Shown here piece after piece: positions 1 to 12,465 of a DNA stretch of 64,000 nt; positions within the stretch are counted from its first letter, which is position 1, and every line of letters begins with the position of its first letter. Origin of the DNA: Moniliella sp. 'wahieum' (taxonomy: Eukaryota); NCBI GenBank assembly GCA_003971905.1, contig RSEE01000006.1, forward strand, positions 992,001 through 1,056,000. Reading direction: 5' to 3'. The translations under genes and the position numbers were made by a program. Below the pieces are notes generated by a model, which was not told the origin of the DNA, did no database searches, and was given only the letters and a program-made list of their open reading frames with translations.

Positions 1-6
1 CAGGTG

Positions 7-1068
7 TCAGGGCACAACCTGGATGCCCATCTGATTGGCCATCTGAAAAAGCTGGCGACACATTGACTGGAGAAGCACGTCGTACTCCAGCAGCTCCATC
101 GTAGGTGAAACGTCAGGACGAAGCGAAGCGCCTTCGAAGAGGTAGTTTCCGTCATGCTCTTCCGAAAATAGGGAAGGGTATTGTTCTGGGTAGCCAAGGG
201 GCTTGCGCGGGGGCGGATCCAAGTCCTGGACCTTGGCTTGGGCAATGAAAAAGATGTGCTTGAGTGTGATGCGGCCATTGAACGTGGAAGCAGTGAGGGG
301 GGAAGAGTGGGTAACGCCAGCCGCTCGTTTGAGCCACCACGCGGGGGGGGAGGTGATTCGTACCTTCCATTCCCCCGACTCGGTCACCAACGTTTGCGGC
401 CAATGGGTAAAGGAGGGCTTGTCGGTCGTTTGCCGCGCCCACTCTTTCATGCTCGGATACGCAAACGTTTGTTCCATCGGATCCACATCGGCGGGGCATC
501 CCAAGTAGGTTGCTTTCATCCCCAACGGGATCCACTCTTCGTATTCCTTGGTCGCACGGCACACAGCGATCATCAGTCGGGTCCGCCACGCGGCTTCCGG
601 CGCCGAGTGGCCCACGGCCAACCCGGGGATGTGGCTCATCTGCCATGCATACCGCTGAGCCCGACCGGCAGGAACGAGCGAACGGAAAACGGTGCCCGGA
701 GCAGGAGGCTCCGCCTGCCATGGGATTTCTACCTGGGGCTCCATCCGCATTCCGCTGCGGCACGATCGGTCCCTCCACCCCCCGGGCGGAGGATCGGTGA
801 CAAGGTGTTTGTTGATTCCTTGCCGCTCCGATGGCGTCCCCGCCGAAGAAGGCGGGGGAGGACGTTTGGGCACGGCAGGCAGTTGGCCAGGGAAGGGGAT
901 CCGCTTGGGTTGGGGCGGAGAAGAGGGCGGTGGAGGAGCCGAGTGGACGCGGCGCGACGATGGCACCGACCGGGCGAGAGCCAATGCGCGTCGCCTGCTG
1001 CCTCCCACAGAGGGAAGCGAAGCGACAGACCGGGGCGCGGAGAGGGACAGCAAGCGAGCACCCACCAT
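7..1068 (-). CDS. Divergent mitochondrial ribosomal protein uL11m (MRPL19-like) with insertions
   Basis: [46 protein letters not shown] and the C-terminal [21 protein letters not shown] follow the uL11 motif order; the ATG at 1068 opens an Arg/Ser/Leu-rich, acid-free presequence-like N-terminus. Confidence 0.7.
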   Translation of the reverse strand: MVGARLLSLSAPRSVASLPSVGGSRRRALALARSVPSSRRVHSAPPPPSSPPQPKRIPFPGQLPAVPKRPPPPSSAGTPSERQGINKHLVTDPPPGGWRDRSCRSGMRMEPQVEIPWQAEPPAPGTVFRSLVPAGRAQRYAWQMSHIPGLAVGHSAPEAAWRTRLMIAVCRATKEYEEWIPLGMKATYLGCPADVDPMEQTFAYPSMKEWARQTTDKPSFTHWPQTLVTESGEWKVRITSPPAWWLKRAAGVTHSSPLTASTFNGRITLKHIFFIAQAKVQDLDPPPRKPLGYPEQYPSLFSEEHDGNYLFEGASLRPDVSPTMELLEYDVLLQSMCRQLFQMANQMGIQVVP

Positions 1069-1302
1069 TGTTCCCACTCGGTCCCACAGCCAGGCGGGCA
1101 GGATCTGGAGACGGCAGGCGAGGACGCCTACGACGGCCATCCCCCAAGCAGCAACGAGGGGCCAGGCGGAACGGACCAATTGGCCAGCGGAATCGCAGCG
1201 GCGGAGGAGATCGGTGCAAAAATTTCGCGGGGGCAGCAGGTGCCTTTTTTCATGGCTGCCGCTGGTGGGCCGCCACGCTCTGCCGCTCCCCAACCACCGA
1301 CA

Positions 1303-1908
1303 ATGCGTCCGCTCACCGAAGAGGAGGAAACGACCACGCTGTTTACCAAGCTGGCCAACTATGTCGGCCCCAACATTGTCCGCCTCCTGGACCGTGCGGA
1401 TGAGCCGTACGTCTTCCGACTGCACCGGGACCGGGTGTACTACGTGTCGGAGGCAGCCATGAAGCTGGCGGCGTCGGTGAGCCGGGGGCAGTTGATGAGC
1501 CTCGGGACTTGCCTGGCAAGTTTTCCAAGACGGGCAAGTTCCGCATGCACATTACCGCGCTCGACGTGATTGCGCCGTTGGCCCCGCACCGGGTATGGAT
1601 CAAGTCGAATGGTGAACTGCCCTTCTTGTATGGTGGCCACATTGTCAAGGCGCACCTTGGCCGCATTACCGACGATACACCGGAGCATGCGGGGGTGGTG
1701 GTACTATCCATGAACGGTACGCCGCTCGGGTTTGGCGTGACGGCGCGTTCGACAGTGGACACGAGGAAACTGGACCCGACATCGATCATTGTCTTTCACC
1801 AGGCAGACGTGGGCGAGTACCTGCGTGATGAGGTACGTTGTGGTCAGAGTGGTGGTGGTAGGAGACTGACGGATTGGGCATGTGGGTTTGCAGGACACGT
1901 TGTTCTAA
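1303..1908 (+). CDS. NIP7: 60S ribosome biogenesis factor Nip7 (PUA domain)
   Basis: [59 protein letters not shown]; intron 1833-1893 (GTACGT..CTGAC..CAG) then DTLF*; one frameshift near 1513. Confidence 0.95.
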
Positions 1909-3038
1909 TGGATGGAGCTAGATTGAGGCACCAACGCATACAATGCACGCACGCGTACGGCGCGCGCCTTGAGCTCCCGCGTCCGTGTTGGCACGTCCGG
2001 ACCAGACTGAGGTGGGTGTTGGCTGCATGGCCGCGTATGGGGGCTTGCTGCATAGCAAGCGGCACGCAGGGTGTGTGGTGGATTGGCGGCGGCGAGAGAC
2101 GATGCGATGTTCATGTACAGTACCATGCAGTAGCCGGTGCCATGGCCTGTCCCAATGGGTTTGCGGTGCGGCGAGAAGGAGCGGGGCACGTGACAGCGGG
2201 CAGAGGAAGCGAGGGCTGGGGCGGACTTGAGTAGTGCAGAGTGGATACGGAGGACGGACGCAGGCGAGAGCGAGTGCAGAGTATTGAGGCAGTGTCCTCG
2301 CGGCGAGTGGTGTGGTGGCGGGCGCCAAGCGGTAGAAGTAGCGGGGTGTGGCTGGGATCGACTGGGGGAAAGGTGCGGCGAGCACGGCTGGAGATCGGAG
2401 GGATGTGACAGTGCGGTGTGAGGACGATCATGACGATCGACGTACTAGTAAGAGGCGCTGGGCCCTGGCTGAGGCCGAAAGAGGATCGGGACTAGGATGC
2501 GAGGGGGCTGTGAGGCTGTGTCGGAGTACTGAGTGCTATAGTGGTGGCCAACGATCGAGAGTGGAGCTAGATAGTGACAGGCAGTGGCTCGTGCTAGTCG
2601 AGTAAAGCGCCGCGCTTGGGCCTACGGACACTGTCAAGGAATGAGCGCCGTCCTATCGTCGCGTCGGCAACCCCAGCCAGTACCCGATGTACGCAGCATA
2701 GCAACGCGAAGCACGCGCCTGCCCCCACCTCCACTCCACCTCCACCACACCGTTGCGGCCCATGCGTGGGCTCCGCGACTTGCGCCACTCGCTCACACGC
2801 AGCACGCTCGCCCGCTCCCCCTCCACCCCCACTCCGCTCCCCGCGACCCCCTCCGCTCCCTCCACCTCGGCCTCGGGCGCAGCAGCAGCGCTGCCAGCCG
2901 CAGCACGCACCTTGCTCCCTCCCCTCTCCGCTAACCCGCTGTCGATCCCCGCGCGCCCCCCAGCTCATCACCTCCCTCCTCCAGCGGCTCTGGCCCCTGC
3001 CCGCCGGCTGGCTTGCCTACAGTGCCGGCGACTTTTCC

Positions 3039-5329
3039 ATGTCCAGCAACAGCCCCCGCCCACCGCCGATTGGTTCGATGCCGTCGACCCCATCCACGGC
3101 ACAGCCGGCAGGGTGCCCCAAGCCGCCTTCACTGTCTTGACCCGCACCACCCGTCAGTCCTCACGCCTTCCTTCCCTCTTTCTCCCGCAACAGCCCCACC
3201 CGCCTCGCGCTCCTCGACCAGCATGTCGTCCTATCCCCACCACGTCCGCCGACTCTGGCCCCCACCCCTCGCCCCTCTCTCCTGGCTCCCATCCAGCCAC
3301 ATGCGGCATCCTCGGCCGTGTGCTGTTCGACTTTGTAGCCGCGCCGACGACGAGGTGACAGCTACCGAAGGGACAGAAGTATTGATCCTGGCCCACTCTA
3401 CTGCAGAGTGGTACGTCGTTCGCCCCTTGCCCTCGCCCTCGACGGAGCGAAACGGGCGGGGCAGCCGACGGCTGCTCAGCTCGCGGGTGCAGGCAGCATT
3501 GCTCTGCTGCCGGTAGCCTGTGTATCTCTCCTGGATCCCGACTCGGCTCGCATTCTGTCCGCTCACGAGGCGGAAGCACTTGTCTCAGCTGGCGTCATTC
3601 CTCCCGTCGGCAAGTGGAAGCGTAGCGTCACTGCGTTTACCCCTGCTACTCAGCACGCCAGACACCACATACCCAGGCCATCGTTCCGCACGTTCGTGAA
3701 GCACCTGACCAAGTGCTTCCCTACCCGCTGTCCTTCCCCACCCGCAAGCTGCTCCCTCCACCGATCCTACGCCCTTGCCTGTTGCAGAGGAGAGACCAGC
3801 TCCGTCTCCCGTACCTTTAGGTGGAAGTGCAACAGACGCGTTGATCAAGGGGCTGACCCTGTAGACCTACTTCGAGCCGGGTACCTCCCCCCGGGGGGCA
3901 GTCCCCTGCCGACTGGGGTGGTCACTTCTGCTCGGGTGGATGGGGTGCACTTTGAGCAGGGCGACTACTGGTTCCGAGTACGAGCGACCCACTTGGCCTG
4001 GCCTGCCCCCCCAGCCCCTGGACCACGAGGCCTGCGTTTGGCCCACGCAGGACAGATACCGGCCGGGTCGGCGACCGAGGGAGACGGCAGGAATGAACTG
4101 CAGGCGGAAGAGGAGTTGGCCGGAATGAAAGACTTTGCTCCTCCGCGTCAGGATGACCCTCCGCTTCCCGAGCCCCCTGCCAACTTGCCTGCTGCCCAAG
4201 AGGGGCAAGTGCGCGAACTGATCCTGTACCGATTGTATGAGGACTTTTACGAGTTCCACATTGCCCTCCAAGACTACTTTCCCCAAGAAGCCGCGTTGGG
4301 TCAGGCCGAGGCACACCGTCGTGCGGTCGAAACCCAAGCTAAAGTGCGTGCCAGTACCGAGTCCAATTCAGCATCGGGATACAATGCGTCGCTGCCTCGT
4401 GTAGACCATACGGTCGAGCCTTCTTCCTCTGATGCCCGGCCCGGTTCCCCCTGCGAGTGAGCAAGAGGAGCCCTTGACGCCCGGTAGGATGGACGCGGCA
4501 TGGCAGCAGCAAGCAACCGACTTGAACCTCTACACCTCCCAGCTGGTCGCTCTGCCTCTCTATATGTCCTTCAGAATGGCCCGACTTCTTGAACCCGGCC
4601 TGGGGATGGGGCAGTATATTAGTCCACTCTCACTCGGGTTCCATAGACGGGCAGGAACGATGGCGCCTTCTTCACTTCCTATCGTTCCGACAGCCATGAC
4701 GCCCACCAGTTGGCAAGCCAACTATCCAGCACCCACCTGAACCCTTCCTCGCTGGCGAGCTCGAAGGGCTCAGCTGGATCGAAGGAACACGATGGGTTTG
4801 GCGGCATGGCGAGGACACCAATGTTTCGCCTCCAGAGGCAGCTCCTAGCCCTGGTCCTGGCCCAGGTATGTCGGGCTCCCACACCACTTCCACCTCCAAC
4901 TATACCCCCCACTGTGCCTTTTCCAAGTCGGGGGGCTCGTCCGGCTCAGGATCCAACGAGATCAAGGCGCCTATCATAGCACCCAAATCCGCGCCACTTG
5001 CTCGCATCCCATTGGGCCTACCTCTGCCGCGCAGCAGCCGCAGTGGATACGTTGAAGGTCAAAGTACTTCACCTGAGCACGGGCGACGTGGTGGCGCTTC
5101 GGGTTCCGAGGGAACCACGCTGGACCAATTGACTGCCCGTGTGCGCCATCGTTTCTCCCTCGTCGCCGCCGAGGGACCCAGCCTAGCGTTGCGGTACAAC
5201 CCGCACAACCCCTCGGCCCCCGCGACTGCCCCGGACGAAACGGAGCTGGTATGGCTCGAGTCGGACAATGCGTTGACGAGCTGGGCCGAGGGAAGAACGA
5301 AACTCACGTTGTTTGTGGGAGGGCCATGA
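3039..5329 (+). CDS. Bem1/Scd2-like polarity scaffold (SH3-PX-PB1), frameshifted
   Basis: SH3 (VLFDFVA..DDEVTATEGTEVLILAHSTAEWYVVRPL..LLPVACVSL) followed by GVIPPVGKWK; PX (SARVDGVHFEQGDYWFRV..ILYRLYEDFYEFHIALQDYFPQEA); C-terminal PB1-like (LDQLTARVRHRF..LESDNALTSW..KLTLFV); start approximate. Confidence 0.75.
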
Positions 5330-6488
5330 TTCATAAGCCAGCCGCGTGCATGATGCCGGAGCCCGCACTCATGACGCTCGTACTTGCACTGGCTCTCTCT
5401 CCCATCCCCCCCGCTTGACCTTTTTTCCCTTCCCTTGCTTCTTTTGTGGTTTATACATACCTGAGCCCTGAGCACCCCCCTCCACTACCCTCAATATTCA
5501 ATCGCCATGCGCCCCGACACAGATCCAGGTGAACCGTGGGGATTGTCGTTTGCTGTGCGCTGTCGCTGTGCTCGGCACGCTGTGTCCTGTGCCTCCTTTT
5601 CCCCTCGTCAGGATCGGGGGGAGCGCATGTGAGCAACGATGAGTGAAGGGCACACAAACAGACAGAACGGACACGATACCTGACACGCTCGCACCTCGCT
5701 CGCTTGTCTCTGTGCCCAGAGATAAACGTGCAACCTTTTTGCTGGAATCGGCCTGTCGCCCCCCGCCCCCTTGCTGCCTCTCTTCTGCTTGCCCACCAAG
5801 TCGACGGATGGGGACGCGGGGTGGAGCACGCCTGTGCCGACGGGTAGAAGAGGAGGTGATGTTCGTCCCTGCTTCCCGCCTTGCTTCTTGCCCGTTCTGG
5901 AGGCGGGGGAGGGACAGCGATGTGATGATGAGCGAACCATTGATTTGAATATTAACCAAGTCACTAGTCACTTGCTTTGTGGAGCAGGACGCTGGTCCAC
6001 CGGTCGGAGGCACGAGGCTGAGTGGAAGGAGTGAAAGATTGAACGATTGGGGTGGAGGCGGCGGTGGAGATCCACTCAACGTTCACCTCATCTTGAACGT
6101 TCAACAGCCGCTGACCCGGCGCACGGGGGGCACTGCCCCCGTGCCCCTGGCTGGGCTGGGACGCGCCGGTATGTTGATGTTCTATCTAAGTCCATCTAAC
6201 CAACGATCACGCCCAACCCTAGCCCCGGGCTCCAGGCGGGCGCTGCCCCCGTGCCCCCTGCTGGCACCCCGTCCCATCGCACGCCAGAGGCAGCGCGGCG
6301 CCTGTGTAGCGCGCCCGGTGGGACGGGTGGGCTAGGGTTGGAGGTTGGACCATGAGCCAGGCTGCCTCGGCCTGCTGGCCAATCACGTCGTCCGGTGCGA
6401 CTACAAGTGCTTCGGGCGAGCCTTCCCTCCCTGCCTCTCTCCTCCACCTCCTCCTCTCTCCTCCTCCCCCTTCTCTGCCTGCCCCGCC

Positions 6489-9039
6489 ATGTCCGCCGTG
6501 CCCGCGCACCCACGCGAGCTTCGGCCCATCCAGCCCTCGGTTGACCCCCGCACACGCGGCACTGCTGCTGCCCGCCCCGGCCGCTATGCCGACAACAAGG
6601 AGAACCGCCCGGCCGCAGCATCTGCCGCGCCCGGCTCCAAGCCCGCCCCCGCCCAGACCAAGCAGCACACCAGCAAGAAGTCGGTCCTGCCCACCGCTCC
6701 CTCTGTCATCGTCGATGCCCGCGGGTACGAGTACCAAACCGGCCGCGTGCTGGGCCAGGGCGGCTTTGCCCGGGTGTACGATGCTCGGGCGGCCGATGGC
6801 ACCCACTATGCCTTCAAGGTGATTGACAAGGCATCCGTGCTCTCGTCCAAGCGGAACCGGGGCAAGCTGCTTGCCGAAATGAAGATCCACAAGTCGATGC
6901 GTCATGCCCACATTGTCGGCTTCCTCGATGAATTCGAAGACTCGGCCAACGTCTACTTCAAGTTGGAGCTGTGTGCTTACGGTGTATGTTTTTTCGGAGC
7001 CTCTGCTGCCTTGCCTCCCTTGAGTACTAACCTTGTTTTGTGCTGCAGAGCATCAACGACATGATCAAGAAACGAGGCCGCTTTAGGAGGAAGTCGCGTT
7101 ACTTTATGGTCCAGATCCTGACCGCCTGCCAACACATGCACCTCAACTCGGTCATCCATCGCGACCTCAAGCTCGGAAACATCATGCTGGACGACAACAT
7201 GCAAATCAAGATTGGTGACTTTGGCTTGGCAGCGCTTCTGTCGTACCCGGAAGAGCGCAAACGCACCGTCTGCGGCACGCCAAACTACATTGCCCCGGAG
7301 ATTCTGTACGACCAAGGCCAAGGCCACTCGTTTGAAGTGACATTTGGTCCGTCGGGGTTATCCTGTATACTCTGGTTGTTGGCAAGCCTCCTTTCCAAAC
7401 GTCCAACGTCCAAAAGATTTACGAGCGCATCAAGCGCAATGATACGAGATCCCACCCGACTGCCCCATCTCTCCCGAGGCGCGTGACCTGATCGATGCCA
7501 TCTTGCAACCCGACCCGTCGCTGCGGCCACGCTCATCCAGATCATGAATCACCCATGGATCACCATGGGTCCTGTGCCCCCAGCTTGCCTGCCAGCTCGG
7601 TCAATGCGATGGCCATCCTGCCTCGCATTTCGTCCAACCAGAGCCAAGCCAACCTGCTCACCCTGCAACGCGTGGGCAACTGGATCCCCAATGCCGATGA
7701 TGAGCTGCCCGAGGAACTGGGACATTGAGATGACCGACGCCGAGCCCGCTGGACGGGAAGATCTTCGGTCTCGTCTGGGAGCCATGGTGGACATTGAGAA
7801 CCAACGTGCCCAAGCCAACTCGGAAGCTGAGAAGGCAGTCAACCCAGAGATGCCAGTCTCGGCGCTGCTCAAAGCGGGCCAGCCTCTGCAAAAGGTTCCG
7901 CCTTCCGCTGCTGCTCCCTCGCGGGCGCCTCGTCGCCCCCCCCTCGCCTCCCACTCCTCGTCCACACCCAGTCGCCCTCCTTTCACTGCCCGTATCGTCG
8001 ATTACCTCACAGCTGCCATGCGAGCGTACGATGCGAATGTTGACCTTGCCATCCCCTTGGCCTTGGAGGATCTTCCGGCTTCGGCTGCCTGGGCCCAGCC
8101 AAGGCACCCATGATGGAGGCAGAAATGCGGCGGACGGGACGGTGCGCCGGTGTCCGCCCGCCCGTCGGCTTTATCTTGTCGTGGCTCGATGCCTCGGACC
8201 GGTACGGGTTGGGGTACGCCCTGTCCAACGGCTCGGTCGGCGTTCACTTCCGCGACGGATCGACGACTGTGCTGGCGCCGTCTCGGACAGGGTTCGAGTA
8301 CGTCTGTCCCACCCGGCGCGCCGCGGCGGCAGGACCGACGCCGGCAGATGCCGAGTCGCAATTGGGGTCGGACCTGTTGCGGCGAAAAGAGTACCCACTC
8401 CCGCGCAACAGCCGTGGTGAAATTCTTTGCGAGGCAGCGACGGACCAAGCGGCGAGCGAACTGAGGCAAGCTGCCGACCAGTACTGTCCAAGGACTGGTC
8501 AACAAGCTCGAGATTCTCATGTACTTCCAAGCGGAGATCACGGACCGTCTGTGTGGCGCGGATCATCCTCTGATGCGGATTCCCTCGGCCGGCAGCTTGG
8601 AAGGCAAGACGCTCCCCTTGTTCATCGTTGGTTCCGTGCCACGACCGCCATCGTCTTTGTCTTCTCGGACGATCTGGTGCAGTTCAACTTTTACGACCAC
8701 ATCAAGGTGCTCATCTCGAACCGCGGTGGGGTGGTGGGTGCGATGGTGCCTAACGAGGCGCCGCTTGCCGGCTCCCCAGGCGGACCGCCGGCACACTCCT
8801 GTTCACCTGGCGCCTCGATGAGCTGGTCAACATTACCCGTCGCGACCGTTCGCAACGCGAGGCTGCCGCCCTTAGCGCTGCCCACCCGCTACTAACGCCT
8901 CGCGCCCTTCGGTGCCGCTGTCGGACCTGGTCAACATCAACATCACCTCCCCCGAAGAACGCCGGGCAGCACGAAGGGTGTGGCGCAACTGCCCGTCTGT
9001 CGGGAAGTACTGGCCAAGAGTGCTGGGTTGGACCTCTAA
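6489..9039 (+). CDS. CDC5: Polo-like kinase (Cdc5/Plo1)
   Basis: [36 protein letters not shown]; polo boxes [29 protein letters not shown] and [13 protein letters not shown] (His/Lys pincer retained); intron 6984-7048 with TACTAAC; several frameshifts. Confidence 0.92.
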
Positions 9040-9440
9040 TCCTGCCCATGCCATCTCTTGGGTCTATCCTATCCATCCACGTTCGCTTCCTTTTTCGTTC
9101 GCCTTCACTTTCTCTCTCACCCAGCTGGCTTGCGATGTTACTCTTTATCGAAAGCCTGATGGTTTGTCTGGTGTCGTGCTGGGGCTTGGCCTTTGAAGCC
9201 CTGGTGCACATCCCCTTCATCATCATTCCCCTTTACCACACACACCCTTAGCCTCTTCTCATTATGTGCGCTTTGTTGCCTCTACTTCCGACCCCCTCCT
9301 CCCCCTTCCCTCCTTTTCCGTCTTTGACGCCGAATTCTTCTTCTACCCACCGTACCTTGCCCCTGTCGCTTTCGGCTCCACCCCTTGTCCATGTGTCTCT
9401 TACTACTATGCAAAGGCCTATGGTATTCTTGGACTGTCTA

Positions 9441-10853
9441 CTACACATTGAACCTTTTAAGCCATGGAAGCGAGCGCGATCGATATTTACAGCCCCGTTT
9501 CTTGATATGTACACACGCAACAGAAGATAGCTGCTTCGTAGGCATATGAGAAGAAAGCATGGTTGCCATGCTCAGCGGGCGGAGCATCAACGCCCAAGGC
9601 CACCAATTCCTCATTGACGGCATCAATGCCTCGTCCAACTCGGCCATGCGGGCCAGGGTGGCTTGGTACTGGGATCCTCTTGTTGGCCCGGGAGGGTCAA
9701 GCTGTTGCAAGATTTTTTGGCGGGAATAAAGCGTCTGGTACAATTGAGACCATTCCGTGTTAGGAAGAACAACTTGGACTCGAGCGCCCAATCTTGGTGA
9801 GCTGACCCGTTCTGCGTCCTCCTCGCTTGGATCCGACGTTCTTCTTGGATGCGCGACATGGCGAGGATGTCGCTTGCGGTGGGCCGATCCTCGGGCCGCT
9901 GGCTCAAGAGCGAATGCACCAGCTTGTCAACCAGGGCGTGTACCTCCGACAAGCTCGGCTTTGACACGCGCAAGATCCGACGTTGTGCTGCGCGATTTCC
10001 TCAGCCGCCGTCAAGTTCACCGCCCCGTCGGGGTGGCCCAGCTGGGGCACGGTGGGGTACATACTGGTTTGATCAAGCGGCGGAAGGTGCAAAGCTCGTA
10101 CACACACAGCCCAAGGCCCACATGTCTGATGCTGGACTGATCCATCCTTGGGCCGGATCAATGGTCTCGGGCGCCATGTAGGCCATGGTGCCCCCCATCG
10201 TTGCACAGAGGCACCGTGGGGGACCACGATACTGCACCCAAAGTCGGCCAGTTTGAGCGTGCCGTGATCGCCGACCAGAATGTTGGCCGGCTTGAGGTCG
10301 CGGTGCACAATGGACAGATACGCATCTTTCTCAGGTCGTAGCATTGTGGCACGCGCCCAGCGCACTGGCCAGTTGGTAGATGTAGGACCGGATTTCAAAC
10401 GGGAAGCAGAGCGTTTTCGCGCCTGGCGCAGGTAGCTGCAAATTTCCGTTCCCAACGTACTCCAGTACCAGGCAGCAGAAACTGAACAATACCATAGGTC
10501 AGTCGAGTTGGAGGGAGGAGACAAGAGGCCAATACAGCACACCACATCTTTTTCGCAGTGAAGCAAGAGAACAACGTACCGAGATTCAGAGGAGTGGTAG
10601 TAATCGTGGAAACGCACAATGTTGCGGTGGGAACCTTCTTCATAATCTCAATCTCCCGCATAATCTTCTCCCTCTTGCTCGCGGAAGCACGCATCCATGG
10701 GATCTCTTTCAGTGCATACGCCTTGCGATCGACACCCGACCGCACGAGGGTAACTGTGCCGCTGCTGCCGCGACCAGCACCCCTCGCGGATGAACTTCAT
10801 TTTGTTCGGCTGGGACGAAGCACTGGTGGAGGGGGGGGTAGGAGCTTCATCAT
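9441..10853 (-). CDS. Ser/Thr protein kinase, NEK/NIMA-like
   Basis: Across frames: GRGSSGTV, YALKEI, REIEIMKK, IVHRDLKPANIL, LKLADFG, GTMAYMAPE, SDMWALGC, RPEDRPTASDIL; GTACGT..CTGAC..CAG intron ~10579-10484; subfamily and 3' end tentative. Confidence 0.75.
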
Positions 10854-10936
10854 GGCGACGAACTCTTGCAAGTAGGGGAAATGTAGGGGGTGGGAAGAAC
10901 AATCGCCGTTATGCTTTGGCAAAAGTAGGTGGCGGT

Positions 10937-10994
10937 GAAGCTAGGAAGCTAGGGCAGCTAGGGCAGCTAGGGAAGCTAGTGAAGCTAGGGAAGC
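10937..10994. repeat. 9-bp tandem repeat (G[A/C]AGCTAGG) x~6
   Basis: gaagctag gaagctagg gcagctagg gcagctagg gaagctagt gaagctagg gaagc read directly. Confidence 0.85.
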
Positions 10995-12373
10995 GAAGAG
11001 GGTGTAAAAGAGACCTGAGAGGCAGGTAGGTATACAAGGGGATGGTGGGGGGACGGAAGGAGCAGGAGCAAAAGATGGGGGTGCTTTTATATACCTTTGC
11101 ATGGCCTATGCTGCCGAGGAGATGCATCCCACCCTCTGGCACATCCTCCTCAGTTGCACACGAGGCAGGGGGACTCTGGGTGGTAACAAGAAAAGAAATA
11201 CGCCAGCGACACTCGAAGGCACCGCAGAGTCTCACATGTGCTTGCACGGGGGCAGTATTCAGCGACCACCGGTCCTCGATCATCGGCCATCGCTCGTCGC
11301 TCACCCATCATTGGAGGACGTCAGGCCTGGGAAATGAAACAGTGCAGTTAAGTGCCCATGGCCCGCACAGCGGCAGTGTCGTATATTGACGCCTCACGCG
11401 TTCCACCGCTGTCTCGCCCCAGCCTCTCCCCTGATGCATTATGGATGGCCAACCGGGTTGTTTTCCGCGTCGTGTCGACGAGACCAGCGGTGGCTTCCTT
11501 GCCATCGTGGCCAGACCAATGGTCTCGGCGGGGAGGGCGACGCTCGCCCTTCCGCAGTGGTTTGTCTGTGGGGTGCCCGCGGCGTTCAAACTATTATCCC
11601 AACGCCCTCTCTGTATGGCAGATTCTTCCTCCATTACCACATTAATCCTTTTTTGCTGGACAACACTACCCCCCGCACACCCGCACTATCAACATGAAAC
11701 CTACCCCCCACCAACAGTTGCATCTCTCTGATCTGTTTTATCATCAGTCGGCATGGCCATCGTCACCGATGGCAATTCTCCACAACGCAGAGAGATCGCG
11801 AGATATAAGGCTCCAGAGCCCACAACCCCACGTCTATATATACCACACATGGATTAATCGCTCACAACTCACATGCCACAGCTGGTAGACGCTGTACCTC
11901 TCTTCACAGATAGGCGGCGCATTACATGGGGTAACCGTTTCGTATCCGTACCCGCGGTCCTTCAACAAAATGAAGCTATTAATAGGCATCGAACCTCAAC
12001 CCGGCACGGCAGGGATGCTGCGCCCCACCCCACCACTCTGAACCAATGAACCTCGCTATAACATCCGTGCTCTGTCTTCTGATGCTGAGTACCGTTTAAT
12101 ATGCAGAATGCTTATAAGGCCTGATATATATGTTAAGGGAAAAATCGCCATATATGAAGACTATTATAGCCGAACATGGAGAGGAGACATTTTTTGTGCT
12201 TTTTCCATCATGCTGAGGAAAAAGTCGGGATGATATCTCTCCTGTGCGTGGCATTCATGCACAGTTCGCCTCTCACTAGCATTACTGCAGTGTATCTCAT
12301 CTATGGAATCGAAAGGAGTTGGGCTGGGTTCTCACAGTTTTGTGTTCTCTGTTCCCCCTGATTCGTTTGGCAA

Positions 12374-12378
12374 CCCTC

Positions 12379-12423
<45 letters not shown>

Positions 12424-12465
12424 CCTCTCTCTCTCCCTCCCTCTCCCTCTCCTCTCTCCCTCTCT
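12374..12465. repeat. (CT)n microsatellite / polypyrimidine tract
   Basis: About 90 bp of near-pure CT repeats. Confidence 0.95.
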
